DNA of 24,000 nt from Methanococcus voltae (GTDB lineage Archaea; AGJL01; Methanococci; Methanococcales; Methanococcaceae), in contig NZ_JAGGMO010000004.1 of NCBI RefSeq assembly GCF_017875395.1, positions 42,478-66,477 on the forward strand, given 5' to 3'. Below, piece after piece: positions 15,360-23,567 of the stretch (within the stretch, counting starts at the first letter, position 1; every line of letters begins with the position of its first letter). Position numbers and translations under genes: made by a program. The notes below the pieces were generated by a model. That model was not told the DNA's origin. It saw only the letters and a list, made by a program, of their open reading frames with translations, and did not search any database.

Positions 15360-15464
15360 AAAATATCAAATCTCCGATTTGACATGAAGCCGTTCGCCCA
15401 TCGACAATGTAAGTTGTCGAGCTATAAATCTGAAAGATTTATTTAAAGGCAGTTGGGCTTTCAA
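15360..15464 (+). repeat. duplicate (copy A) of the CRISPR trailer-flank, including the first 7 nt of a repeat and carrying a 44-bp hairpin-rich insertion
   Basis: 15360-15393 is identical to 15527-15560, and 15446-15464 is identical to 15568-15586. The extra segment 15401-15444 contains tcgacaa/ttgtcga and ataaatc/gatttat hairpins. Confidence 0.85.
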
Positions 15465-15465
15465 C

Positions 15466-15508
15466 CAAACCCTTTTTACTCGTTTTACTCGTAAAAATCC
15501 TTTGATGG
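15466..15508 (+). repeat. 43-bp element, direct copy (CAAACCCTTTTTACTCGTTTTACTCGTAAAAATCCTTTGATGG)
   Basis: It is the reverse complement of 13944-13986 (42/43). It sits between trailer copies A and B and directly follows the repeat fragment ctttcaa. Confidence 0.9.
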
Positions 15509-15520
15509 GAATTTAATAAG

Positions 15521-15549
15521 AAAATAAAAATATCAAATCTCCGATTTGA
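15521..15549 (-). terminator. hairpin plus T-tract at the leader-distal end of the CRISPR array (candidate pre-crRNA terminator)
   Basis: The minus strand reads TCAAATC-gga-GATTTGA followed by TATTTTTATTTT. The same hairpin is duplicated at 15366-15382. Confidence 0.4.
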
Positions 15550-15586
15550 CATGAAGCCGTCCGTCCTAAGGCAGTTGGGCTTTCAA
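15527..15586 (+). repeat. copy B of the CRISPR trailer-flank, continuous with repeat 1
   Basis: See 15360-15464. It runs directly into the terminal repeat of the array. Confidence 0.85.
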
Positions 15587-16733
15587 TCCTTGTTTTAATG
15601 GATCATGCACTGTGACGGTGAAAAAATGATATATCAACTACATTGCCCACATTGGTTTCAATCCTTGTTTTAATGGATCATGCACTGTGACAGTAACATT
15701 TGAAAATTTTGATAATAGTGAAAGTATGTTTCAATCCTTGTTTTAATGGATCATGCACTGTGACATATTTTATAAAACGGTGTAATAAATGCCAAGTGTA
15801 GTTGTGTTTCAATCCTTGTTTTAATGGATCATGCACTGTGACATAGGAGATAAATATGGTTCAAGTGCTTTAGCTTGTTTCAATCCTTGTTTTAATGGAT
15901 CATGCACTGTGACATTTATATGGGATATTGACGTACCTGACAAATGTAGTTTCAATCCTTGTTTTAATGGATCATGCACTGTGACTAGTCGATAGATTAT
16001 ACACTAAAATGTTTAAATAGGGGGGTAATATGGAGTTTCAATCCTTGTTTTAATGGATCATGCACTGTGACCCTCGACTAGTTTGGTCATTTTTGTGTAG
16101 GGCTTGAAGTTTCAATCCTTGTTTTAATGGATCATGCACTGTGACTTTACGCTCATGGAACTTCAAGCAATTTCCGGAAGTTTCAATCCTTGTTTTAATG
16201 GATCATGCACTGTGACTTTCTTTAAATGTATGCTCCTCTTCTTTGAACATATCAGTTTCAATCCTTGTTTTAATGGATCATGCACTGTGACTTCTTTAAT
16301 GTTTGCAAGACCTACAATTTGTTCAAGTTTCAATCCTTGTTTTAATGGATCATGCACTGTGACAAATAAGTATCTGCCTCATCGGTACAATGTAGTTCTG
16401 GTTTCAATCCTTGTTTTAATGGATCATGCACTGTGACAGCTACTATATCAAATAATAACGCTTTCGATATCAAGTTTCAATCCTTGTTTTAATGGATCAT
16501 GCACTGTGACTGTTAATAATTTATTTAATACAGTATGATCAATTTGTTTCAATCCTTGTTTTAATGGATCATGCACTGTGACTCAATAACTTGCTTAGTC
16601 TTACCTAATCCTTGCTGATCGGAGTTTCAATCCTTGTTTTAATGGATCATGCACTGTGACTAGATGTTAATGCTACCCGTATACTATATAATATAGGTTT
16701 CAATCCTTGTTTTAATGGATCATGCACTGTGAC
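15580..16733 (-). CRISPR. CRISPR array: 16 repeats of 37 bp (GTTTCAATCCTTGTTTTAATGGATCATGCACTGTGAC on the + strand) and 15 spacers of 34-49 bp
   Basis: Repeats start at 15580, 15655, 15728, 15806, 15877, 15949, 16035, 16109, 16180, 16255, 16327, 16401, 16474, 16546, 16624 and 16697. All are identical except the first base of the 15580 copy (C for G). The reverse complement ends in ATTGAAAC, the canonical 8-nt crRNA 5' handle of Cas6-processed type I/III repeats, so I infer minus-strand transcription with the leader right of 16733. Confidence 0.97.
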
Positions 16734-16853
16734 ACCAAACTAAATTATTACTCATCAATAAGCATTTAAAACAGCTTATGGATAAAACAAAGCTTTATTT
16801 AACCGTATCACAAAATTTATTCAATCTGACAATATATAGTTTGTTTTAGGCCC

Positions 16854-16861
16854 TATATAAA
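16854..16861 (-). promoter_or_regulatory. candidate archaeal TATA box (TTTATATA on the minus strand) in the putative CRISPR leader
   Basis: Exact match to the TTTATATA consensus about 120 nt upstream (minus sense) of the leader-proximal repeat. AT-rich context makes chance matches likely. Confidence 0.3.
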
Positions 16862-17236
16862 AGTTATCATTTGTATTTTAAAAATATAATTCGGGGTTAG
16901 TTGAATAAGTAAAAAGTAACTCATTTAATAAACAGAAAGTAATTACTAATTGATAATCAAAGGATATAGAATTAATTGAGCACATGAATAACACCATAGA
17001 TTAAACAAAGCTTATAAAGAACTCCAAATTTTATAACCCTAAAAAAAGGAGCTCAGAATGGGCTTAATAATTTTGGATTTTGAAATGCGTTATTACAAAG
17101 GTCATCTAAAAATCATACTAAGTATTACTATAATGTTATAAAACTGTCTAAAAATACCCTTTTAGTTATAGGACTAAAATGTATTTTTCTTTTATAGATA
17201 TATTGCCCCATATATGATATTAATCTATTTTTTTAT

Positions 17237-17288
17237 ACGTAGGACCACCCTATTTTACGAGGTCCTGCGCCCGAAAACGTAGGACCAC
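17237..17288. repeat. three phased ACG(T)AGG(A/T)CC motifs at exact 20-bp spacing, within a locally GC-rich ORF-free region
   Basis: acgtaggaccac at 17237, acgaggtcct at 17257 and acgtaggaccac at 17277. Further GGACC/GGTCC-type motifs occur at 17299, 17330, 17338 and 17366. cgtaggacc (17238-46) can pair with ggtcctgcg (17261-69). Confidence 0.6.
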
Positions 17289-17618
17289 ATATATCGAAGG
17301 ACTTCAATATATTGAAAATTCCCGAAATAGGACCCTAGTCCTGCAACCTGTCAATCAACTTTACGGGTCCTTTTTGCCATATGCTCTTTATAGCCCCAAC
17401 GGCGGATAGTTTACTTGGTGCCTTTTTGAGATTTTCTTTAAAAACTCTTTAAATTAAAAAATAAGTTCAATAAGCCCGTAGATAGATTTTAAAAAAATAA
17501 GCGTATAACGTACTTAAATAAAGCTATAAAACTATAAAATAACCATATTAAAAGAATAACAAACTTAAATAAAACATATTTTAAAACTAAGCTTAAATAA
17601 AACTTCAATAAAAGAATA

Positions 17619-17703
17619 CGCGGAGACCGCGATTTGAACGCGGGTTGAGCAGAGCTCAACGGGATTAGCAGTCCCGCGCCGTACCAGGCTGGGCCATCTC
17701 CGC
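17619..17703 (-). tRNA. tRNA-Ser (anticodon GCU)
   Basis: Manual fold of the minus strand. Acceptor GCGGAGA/TCTCCGC; 3-bp D stem GCC/GGC; anticodon stem CGGGA/TCCCG with loop CTGCTAA; long variable arm TTGAGC-tct-GCTCAA (class II); T arm CCGCG-TTCAAAT-CGCGG; discriminator G; no encoded CCA. Confidence 0.9.
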
Positions 17704-17841
17704 ACCGTATAATTAATAGTTGACTTCAATTAGTCACAAATATAGGATGGTGATTCTACTATATAAACATTTCGGTTAAATTTATAAATTTAGATTTTTA
17801 GAGATTCTATACGCCATAGGATAAAAATTTAAAATTATTTA

Positions 17842-18375
17842 TTATTTATTTTTAAATCTAGATACTGCATATAGTATGAAAAACAAAATTACTCCCAATA
17901 TAATTATATACGACTGGTAATCTTGGAAATTGTACATATTTATTAATAATTTTGGAAATCCTGTAACTATGAGTAAAAAATATATCAAATATTTTGATAA
18001 TTTGTAAGTATTGTTATTTTTAACATTTTTTATGTCATCTGCATCATTTTCATTGCTTTTTTTATCATTGCCAATATTATATTTATAATTTTCATGTAAT
18101 ATACATAATATACTGAATAAAAATATAAATTGACCGAGTAGTGCTACAAAAAATCTTAAATCTAGCCCTGCAATTTCATACATTGATAGGTAAGAATAAA
18201 AATCATAATAAGCTATTAAACCTAATAAAAACCCCAATGGTAATAATATATAGCTTTTATATGTATATAATGGCTTTATATCACGTTTAATATAATTTCC
18301 AGTTATTGTAAAGTAAAAATCCACTATTGCGAAAAGCAACAGCCCTATAATCATAAAACTTGAAATATATTCCAT
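17842..18375 (-). CDS. integral membrane protein (about 5 TM helices), function unknown
   Basis: Hydrophobic segments run throughout. GAGGGG SD lies 4 nt before the ATG at 18375; the track's TTG at 18387 overlaps the SD. Confidence 0.7.
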   Translation of the reverse strand: MEYISSFMIIGLLLFAIVDFYFTITGNYIKRDIKPLYTYKSYILLPLGFLLGLIAYYDFYSYLSMYEIAGLDLRFFVALLGQFIFLFSILCILHENYKYNIGNDKKSNENDADDIKNVKNNNTYKLSKYLIYFLLIVTGFPKLLINMYNFQDYQSYIIILGVILFFILYAVSRFKNK

Positions 18376-18586
18376 AATTCCCCTCAAAAAATTTTTATCA
18401 AAATCCCCGTAATTAGTAATATATTTTTCTTATTTTTTATTAGTATCATATTGCCCTATTAATGGCGTGTAATATAGAATAATTTATATAATATGTAAAA
18501 TAATATTAACATAATGAAAATATATGTAATTTAATATGTAATTTATAAAGTAATAATTCATGGAAATCAAAAAAGTAAGTGATTAG

Positions 18587-19138
18587 ATGCCAGACAAGGA
18601 AGTAAAAACCGTTGAAGATATGATATATTACCAATATGCCAAAATAATGGCCAAAAGTGCCTCTAGAAATGGTAAAAAAATGGGTTATGGCTTTATAAAA
18701 ACTAAATTTAGGAACTTAAAAAGTGGTAAAATTTCATGGTCCAGTATAATGAGAGAAGACTTACAGTTTGTAGGGTCTGAAAAGAAGTGCATATACTGTG
18801 GTTGCACTGAAAACCTGACTAAAGACCATATTATTCCCAAATCCATCAACGTAAATGAGAGATGTAAAGATTGTGACAACGTTCAAGGTATTCATAACAT
18901 AATTTGGGCTTGCAAATCTTGCAATAGTAAAAAAGGTAAAAAAGGACTTTATGAGGTATATGACCGAATTTATCCCGATGATGATAAATTTTTTGATAAA
19001 ATACCTTCATTGGTAGAAAAAAAGTATTTAAAACTAGTATATAGATGTTGTAGTTGTGCAAACAAGTTGGATTATGAAATTGATCCAAAAGACGGTTCGG
19101 TATTGGATATAGATTACTGTTTAAAAGAATTTAAATAA
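18587..19138 (+). CDS. stand-alone HNH endonuclease-domain protein
   Basis: Motif CIYCGCTENLTKDHIIPKS...IHNIIWACKSCNSKKGKKG, giving CxxC...DH...N...CxxC zinc-finger HNH topology. Confidence 0.8.
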   Translation: MPDKEVKTVEDMIYYQYAKIMAKSASRNGKKMGYGFIKTKFRNLKSGKISWSSIMREDLQFVGSEKKCIYCGCTENLTKDHIIPKSINVNERCKDCDNVQGIHNIIWACKSCNSKKGKKGLYEVYDRIYPDDDKFFDKIPSLVEKKYLKLVYRCCSCANKLDYEIDPKDGSVLDIDYCLKEFK

Positions 19139-19230
19139 AATATGGTAAAAATTATAATTTATAATTATATTGTATTATCTTATAATATATTATAATTTTA
19201 TAATAGCTATATTATTTTAAAATATTACAA

Positions 19231-20106
19231 TTATTGATAGTAATCCAAAATTTCTTTATTTGATTCAGCGAGGAAATAATCCAAAAATTCAATACCATTA
19301 CCATAATTCACTGCTTTTGGGTGAATTGACAGGGTGAATTGCTTATTTTCTTTTAAACTATTTCTATAATCAATTAATGAAATATTCTTTACCTTTTCGG
19401 TACAATTTTCCGGAGTATACCAAGTATATTCCTTATTAGTAATTATAACTTTTTCAAAATATGTTTTATTTTGATTATTTTTAGTTTTTAAGATGTAATA
19501 GTCCATAATTATTGTAAAGTTTCTTTTTAAAAAGTTATCTTCTGAATCCTTAGATAGCTTATATCTTGGAGTAATAACGTAATTTATCTTCTTTGTATCA
19601 AAATTACAGTCTTCTAGGATTTTAAGAGAATTATCGGTTTTTTCATTTGCTACAGCTTCGCTACAATTGTATTCGCCACCAATATGGTCATAGCCGTGAT
19701 ATTGGATGTGATATCCCCTATCATCCAATTCATGCAGATATTCTACGAATTTGGGATAATTTGACAGCTTATTATCGCCTGCGTGGTTAGTTATAACAAA
19801 TAAATAAGTCCTAGTAGAATAATGATTATTGTCTAATACTTCAATTATTTCTTCCATTTCTTTAAAATAGACTGGACTTACATCATGTATCAAAACTATA
19901 GGTGTTGAAGCGCTATAAATTTGTTTATCATTTGATACATCTTTCAAAGGATCGTATTTTGTGTGATAATTGTTAAAAAACATTAAAGTGGTAAATAATA
20001 CCAAAAATAACAATATTATACAATATTTAGACGATAATTTAAATTTAGATTTAGAGTTATATTCGTTAGATTCTTTAGGTTTTTTAGAGTTTTTTACTTC
20101 TTTCAT
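19231..20106 (-). CDS. membrane-anchored DUF2334-like (polysaccharide-deacetylase-fold) protein
   Basis: N-terminal TM anchor is YCIILLFLVLFTTLMFF. The motifs VLIHDVSPVY and YHIQYHGYDH resemble the DUF2334 / NodB-like metal-binding pattern. GGGTGG SD lies 4 nt before the ATG. Confidence 0.6.
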   Translation of the reverse strand: MKEVKNSKKPKESNEYNSKSKFKLSSKYCIILLFLVLFTTLMFFNNYHTKYDPLKDVSNDKQIYSASTPIVLIHDVSPVYFKEMEEIIEVLDNNHYSTRTYLFVITNHAGDNKLSNYPKFVEYLHELDDRGYHIQYHGYDHIGGEYNCSEAVANEKTDNSLKILEDCNFDTKKINYVITPRYKLSKDSEDNFLKRNFTIIMDYYILKTKNNQNKTYFEKVIITNKEYTWYTPENCTEKVKNISLIDYRNSLKENKQFTLSIHPKAVNYGNGIEFLDYFLAESNKEILDYYQ

Positions 20107-20239
20107 AGTCCACCCTTATTTTAATATAATGCAAAGGACTATTATAGTAAAATTAGTATAAAAATATATACACATTGAATTAATAAAAAAAGATGTAAAA
20201 TGTGTAATTTGTTAAATTTGTTAAATAATTTAATTTAAT

Positions 20240-20443
20240 TTAATTTTTACTTTCGTTTTTCGGATGCTTAACACAGCACACTAATCGGAATATGATGTCA
20301 ACAGTGAATATAATTAATAACAATACGGCAAATAATAACGCAGATATTTCTGTTTCAAGGTATTTGGAAATCAGCCAAGCTATTAAAAGCACGGAAAGAA
20401 GCCCAACTACCCTTGCATAGTGTGATTTATCGATTTTGTTCAT
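20240..20443 (-). CDS. small membrane protein (2 TM helices)
   Basis: 67 aa with two hydrophobic stretches. AGGGGG SD lies 5 nt before the ATG. Confidence 0.55.
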   Translation of the reverse strand: MNKIDKSHYARVVGLLSVLLIAWLISKYLETEISALLFAVLLLIIFTVDIIFRLVCCVKHPKNESKN

Positions 20444-20624
20444 AATACCCCCTTTATTTCCTGTAATTAAATTATATTTATTATCCTATATATAGTTAAA
20501 TTATTAAATATATGGATATATAAAAACTAAAAAAATATAAAAAATAAATATAAAATAAAGATAAAATAAAAGCTAAAAACTAAGATAAAATAAAAAAATA
20601 ATAATAAAAAATAATATGGAAAAA

Positions 20625-23567
20625 TTATTCCATATAAATTGCTATTTTATAAGGAATTGCGAATTTCTTTTTATTCATTATATCTTCGCCATTTACGATA
20701 ATTTCAGCGTCAAATTCTGAAGATAAAAATTCTTTTGCATTTTCAAGTATTTCTTCTTCATTAATTGTATTTTTAACACCGATTTTCATAAATTCGTTAA
20801 TTAATTTTACAACTGCTTTTCCTTGTTGTTTAAATTCTACGTTTTGCATTACAAGTGGAATTATCTGCTTAACGTTTTTATCCTGGTTATCGTGCATAAA
20901 TTCCATTAAATTATATTTCCAGTCGTCTGCAGTATATACGTATATTTTAGATGGCTGAATTTTTGCAACTGATAAGATACTTCTTATATCTTCCATTGTT
21001 GACTTAATAAATTCTTCTCCACGTTCTAAATCATTGTTAAGGAATTCTTGTTTAATGATTGGGAATTTTTCGAGAGATACGAATCCTTCATATCCCAATT
21101 CTTGCCAAATTTCTTCACACAAGTGTGGAGTTACGGGCATTAAAAGCTTGTTCCATATTACAACTACTTCTCTAAGCACGCTTTTATTTTCTCCGCCTCT
21201 TCTCTTGTACCATCTTAAGTCGTTCATCAATTCATAGAATAAGATGCTAATTTTTCTAAGTTGGAAATCGTTGTAGGCTTCGTCTGCGACACTAACTGCA
21301 TTGTAGAGTTTATGTAATAACCACAAGTCAATTCTTGATAATTTGGTTTCTTCAACTCTAGTATTTATTTCTTTTAAATCTAAAGCCATTTCGTAGAATT
21401 TTGTTAAGTTGTCTCTTGCTTTTTCCATTTCTTTAAATTTAATATCTGCGTCTTGTGGCAATTCTGCACAAGTTGTGATGTAGAATCTACCAACGTCAGC
21501 ACCGTATTTTTCGGCAACTTCCATAACTGGTAAAACTGGTCCTTTTGACTTGGATAGCTTCTTACCCTCAATTGTAACGTAACCGTTTACCTCAATTCCT
21601 CTTGGCCATAAACCTTTATTCTGTTCTCCGAATATTGCAGCGTGGTTGAATATCATAAAGGTCAAATGGTTAGGTACAAGGTCTTTTGCGGAACATCTCC
21701 AATCTAACGGGTAGAAATAAAGGAATTCCCTTCTCATATCAAGTATTGTCTCTTTTGATATGTTTGTAAGTTCTGAAACGCTTTCAACGTCGCCTTTTCC
21801 TAAGAATACATAATCTAATAATTCGGGCTTTAACTGCTCTGTTGATATATTTTGAACGTTTATGAATCTTGCAATTGTATAGTACGCCATGTAAATGGTA
21901 CTGTCAGATAAACTTTCAATCATCCATTCGCTATCAAATGGCAATCTTGTACCTAAACCTTTTCTTCTTGCACAAGCTTTATCTTTCATCCAGTCAACTT
22001 TATTGTGGAATTCTTGCCTAAAGCTTTCAGGTTTAAAGTTCATATCGTCAATACATTCGTGAGCTAGTCTCTTCCATTCATCGTCTGAATAAGTGATGAA
22101 CCATTGACCTTTAACGGTTTTTATGATACATTTTTGACCGCATCTACATACAACGTTTTGTTCTGAAAACTCATACATCACTTCTGCAAGTCCGTTTGCA
22201 ATGTGGTCTTTTGTTAATTTTTCCTTAATATCCTTTACAGGGATTCCTTCGTAAATTCCACAGTTTTCGTTTAATTTTCCCTTGTGGAATTCATCTTTAT
22301 AAATTTTACTTGTAGCTTGTTCTAATAATTCATCATCATCTTGATTTTTAATTCCCATTTTTTCAACGATTTCTTTTGCAGGGAATTTTCCATAGCCATC
22401 AATACTAATAAGACCAATTAAACTTACTTTTCCGTTTTCTTCGTCACCAGGTATTTCAGCAATTGCGTCAAGGTCTTTTAATGCGATATAATCGTAAGGA
22501 GCGTGAGCTGGTACACTCATAACGCAACCGGTACCGATACCCATTTCTACAAAATTAGCAGGGAATAATGGAACCAATTTTTGGGAAATAGGGTTTTTAA
22601 GCATTACTTTATTATCAATAAGCTCGCTACCTTTCATTTCTTTTATTATATCAATTTTTTTGTCTTGTTCTGATAATTTATAAGCACATTCTTTGCCCAT
22701 TATCCAGTAACCGTTAAATTGCGTGTTTATTTCTTCGCTATCCATTTTTTGGATTTCATCGTAAACTTCGGCGATTATATATGTTTCATTAGGGTTTACC
22801 CAGGCGTTAGTAACTCCAAATACGGTTTCAGGTCTAAGGGTAGCCATTGGTACAATACATTCTTTGCCATCATATTGAGTTGTAAATTTGATGAGTGTGT
22901 ATTCTACGGTTGTAGCTTCCTCACCGTGTAATAAATCGTGGTCTTCAACCGGGTTATCACAGCTAGGGCAGTATCTAACTGGGTGAGAACCTTTTGAGAT
23001 GTATCCTTTTTCTTTTAAGGTGTAGAATTGCCATTCGATGAATTTAGAAAATACTTCGTCATCAGTTTTGAAATTTCTTCTCCAGTCTAATGAGAAACCC
23101 ATTTTCTTAAATGCTTCGGTTGCTTTTTCTGAAAAACAATTTACGATATTTTGGGGCGTATTTAATGTTAAAAGCTCTTCCATAGGTATTTTGTGAAGAT
23201 TGTTGTATGCCCAAAGTGTGTGCTCGTTTCTGTTTTTGATTAATTCTGCAAGTCCCAATATTGGCGTTCCTGTAACGTGATATCCGAATGTCCAGAGTAC
23301 GTTTTTACCTTTCATTCTGTTGTATCTTGCGAGTGTTTCTGGTATTGTAAATGTCCTTAAGTGTCCTGCGTGTAATACACCGTTTAAGTATGGAAATGCG
23401 GCAGTTATAAAGAATTTTTCTTTTGAAGGGTTCCCATCTGCATCTGCGTATCTGTTGTATTCTGTTTCAAATATTTTATTATCTTCCCAGCTTTTTTGCC
23501 ATTTATCTGCAATTGCTGTAAAATTTAGCTCTTTTCTTTCTGTCGTATTAGTTTTTTCCGTATTCAA
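20625..23567 (-). CDS. leuS: leucine--tRNA ligase (archaeal type)
   Basis: 980 aa. The HIGH motif is PYLNGVLHAGHLRT and the KMSKS motif is KKLSKSKG. A CP1 editing-domain insertion is present, along with Cys clusters (CPSCDNPVEDHD, CRCGQKC) typical of archaeal/eukaryal LeuRS. Confidence 0.97.
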   Translation of the reverse strand: MNTEKTNTTERKELNFTAIADKWQKSWEDNKIFETEYNRYADADGNPSKEKFFITAAFPYLNGVLHAGHLRTFTIPETLARYNRMKGKNVLWTFGYHVTGTPILGLAELIKNRNEHTLWAYNNLHKIPMEELLTLNTPQNIVNCFSEKATEAFKKMGFSLDWRRNFKTDDEVFSKFIEWQFYTLKEKGYISKGSHPVRYCPSCDNPVEDHDLLHGEEATTVEYTLIKFTTQYDGKECIVPMATLRPETVFGVTNAWVNPNETYIIAEVYDEIQKMDSEEINTQFNGYWIMGKECAYKLSEQDKKIDIIKEMKGSELIDNKVMLKNPISQKLVPLFPANFVEMGIGTGCVMSVPAHAPYDYIALKDLDAIAEIPGDEENGKVSLIGLISIDGYGKFPAKEIVEKMGIKNQDDDELLEQATSKIYKDEFHKGKLNENCGIYEGIPVKDIKEKLTKDHIANGLAEVMYEFSEQNVVCRCGQKCIIKTVKGQWFITYSDDEWKRLAHECIDDMNFKPESFRQEFHNKVDWMKDKACARRKGLGTRLPFDSEWMIESLSDSTIYMAYYTIARFINVQNISTEQLKPELLDYVFLGKGDVESVSELTNISKETILDMRREFLYFYPLDWRCSAKDLVPNHLTFMIFNHAAIFGEQNKGLWPRGIEVNGYVTIEGKKLSKSKGPVLPVMEVAEKYGADVGRFYITTCAELPQDADIKFKEMEKARDNLTKFYEMALDLKEINTRVEETKLSRIDLWLLHKLYNAVSVADEAYNDFQLRKISILFYELMNDLRWYKRRGGENKSVLREVVVIWNKLLMPVTPHLCEEIWQELGYEGFVSLEKFPIIKQEFLNNDLERGEEFIKSTMEDIRSILSVAKIQPSKIYVYTADDWKYNLMEFMHDNQDKNVKQIIPLVMQNVEFKQQGKAVVKLINEFMKIGVKNTINEEEILENAKEFLSSEFDAEIIVNGEDIMNKKKFAIPYKIAIYME

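Noticed and set aside
15360-15393. Possible tRNA 3' fragment (att remnant), because ctccgatttgaca resembles the T-arm string cgcgatttgaacg of the nearby tRNA-Ser
   Set aside because: The flanking bases do not form a T stem or acceptor strand. The similarity is only about 9 nt. The sequence is better explained as the hairpin tcaaatc-tcc-gatttga.
15338-15440. Possible C/D-box sRNA (gatgatgg at 15338 and ctga at 15430)
   Set aside because: The C box is imperfect. There is no D'/C' pair or correctly spaced D box, and the spacing of about 90 nt does not fit archaeal C/D sRNAs of 50-60 nt.
16134-16436. ORF-track entries 16134..16436 (+) and 16163..16357 (-) with internally repetitive peptides (SFNPCFNGSCTVT; HDPLKQGLKL)
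   Set aside because: They are translations of the CRISPR repeats. The periodic peptide repeats mirror the 37-bp repeat spacing, so they are not genes.
15617-16696. Self-targeting spacers against the integrase module or the defence genes in this window
   Set aside because: I could not find convincing matches by eye and cannot run an alignment. No claim is made, and this needs a BLAST of all 15 spacers.
17058-17141. 27-aa ORF (MGLIILDFEMRYYKGHLKIILSITIML) with an AAGGAG SD 5 nt upstream, in the ORF-free region
   Set aside because: It is too short and compositionally unremarkable to support from sequence alone. It is worth checking only if ribosome profiling or conservation data exist.
12015-18387. 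Track start codons at GTG 12015, TTG 12245, GTG 14478 and TTG 18387
   Set aside because: In each case the proposed start lies within or immediately next to the GGTG/GAGGGG Shine-Dalgarno motif of an in-frame ATG or GTG 9-12 nt downstream. The downstream starts (12024, 12257, 14487, 18375) are preferred.
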